In this document: positions 59,914-61,001 of the stretch, piece after piece
Layout: each line of letters opens with the position of its first letter
Position numbering within the stretch: position 1 is the first letter of the stretch
NCBI RefSeq assembly: GCF_006345805.1
Contig: NW_021832408.1
Location: forward strand, 1-61,001
DNA: 61,001 nucleotides
Direction: 5' to 3'
Source: Octopus sinensis
Taxonomy: Eukaryota
The notes under the pieces: model-generated
The model's database searches: none
Told to the model about the DNA's origin: nothing
What the model saw: only the letters and a program-made list of their open reading frames with translations
Position numbers and translations under genes: made by a program

Positions 59914-60181
59914 CAATGTAACTGCACACTTGCTTGGGCGATTTCTTTTCCTCCTTGGAGTAACCCTTCCTTTTTTCCGACAAAGAGCTATGCTCAAAAC
60001 ATCAAACCCTCTCTTTTTACCAAGCGTCAAGATAATTCCTCGTGCACGTCCTCTCCTACCCATACATTTTATCATTCACTTTTTTATTGTATATTTGAAT
60101 ATACTTTTTCTCTCTTTCTCCCACTCAAGCTATGTATCAATCTATCAATCTATGTATCTATCTATCTATCTATCTATCTAA

Positions 60182-60246
<65 letters not shown>

Positions 60247-60390
60247 TCTGTGTGTGTGTGTGTGTTGTGTGTGTATGTGATGTATGTATGTAGCTATATT
60301 TCAAACGAATTTATAAGCATTACACACACACATATATATACATACATATATATATATATATATATTATTATATATATAATATATATATAT

Positions 60391-60460
<70 letters not shown>

Positions 60461-60959
60461 TATAGATATATTTAGAATCCGCGTGACACACAAACGCGCC
60501 TCTGTATACAGCATTAAAAAAATAATAACCAAAAGAACAATTCGTCAGATAGGAATCGTAACCAATGAACCTAGTATGATCTTAAAAGAGACTTGCTACT
60601 AGTTTATTACATTCTAACTTTGTGCTCTTCATCTATCCCGACTTCTCGCTACATCTTTTCATGTTGATGCTGCTGCTATTGACGTTTGTCTTTGCTACTG
60701 CTGCTGCTGCCGTTGCCGCTCTTTCTTCGTCCTCTTCATCTTCTAATCTGATTATCTATGTTTATTGTATAGTTTTGGTTTAGAAATATCCACTTTTTCT
60801 CAATATTTATTTTATGACAATAATAATAATATTAATAATAATAATAATAATAAGAAGAAGAAGAAGAAGAAGATGATGAGAATAAAAATTTAGCATTAGC
60901 ATATATATACATATATACATACACAAATACATACATAATACATACATACATACACAAAT

Positions 60960-60995
<36 letters not shown>

Positions 60996-61001
60996 CACAC
61001 A

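Overview
AT-rich eukaryotic DNA dominated by microsatellites ((TA)n, (CA)n, (TATG)n, (TATC)n, (TAA)n, (TTC)n) and transposable elements. I infer an octopod cephalopod (Octopus-like) genome from the SINE and LINE repertoire. No host protein-coding gene could be supported, so the window looks intergenic or intronic. Recognisable elements: two mariner remnants; a near-complete Penelope-like element (RT + GIY-YIG) plus older PLE remnants; a near-full-length CR1-clade LINE; a near-full-length Tx1/L1-clade LINE; a 5'-truncated RTE LINE and an RTE-derived bipartite element; six R4/Dong-like (RLE) LINE fragments; Helitron/HINE-like and palindromic mini-elements; and about 20 copies of at least five tRNA-derived SINE families. 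The most interesting signals are: (i) a CR1 ORF1 that reconstructs to a Myb/SANT-like (trihelix) domain plus four tandem CCCH zinc fingers; (ii) a tRNA-headed short element carrying minimal hammerhead-ribozyme motifs, among several PLE-linked hammerheads; (iii) a partial HDV-like ribozyme at the 5' end of the RTE-derived element; (iv) a PLE terminal promoter built from six fixed-spacing CCAAT-N6-CRE modules; (v) apparent partitioning of LINE families among microsatellite types; (vi) an internally deleted Dong-like element, a probable RTE 3' transduction, and snap-back 5' junctions. All assignments were made by eye, with no database searches.
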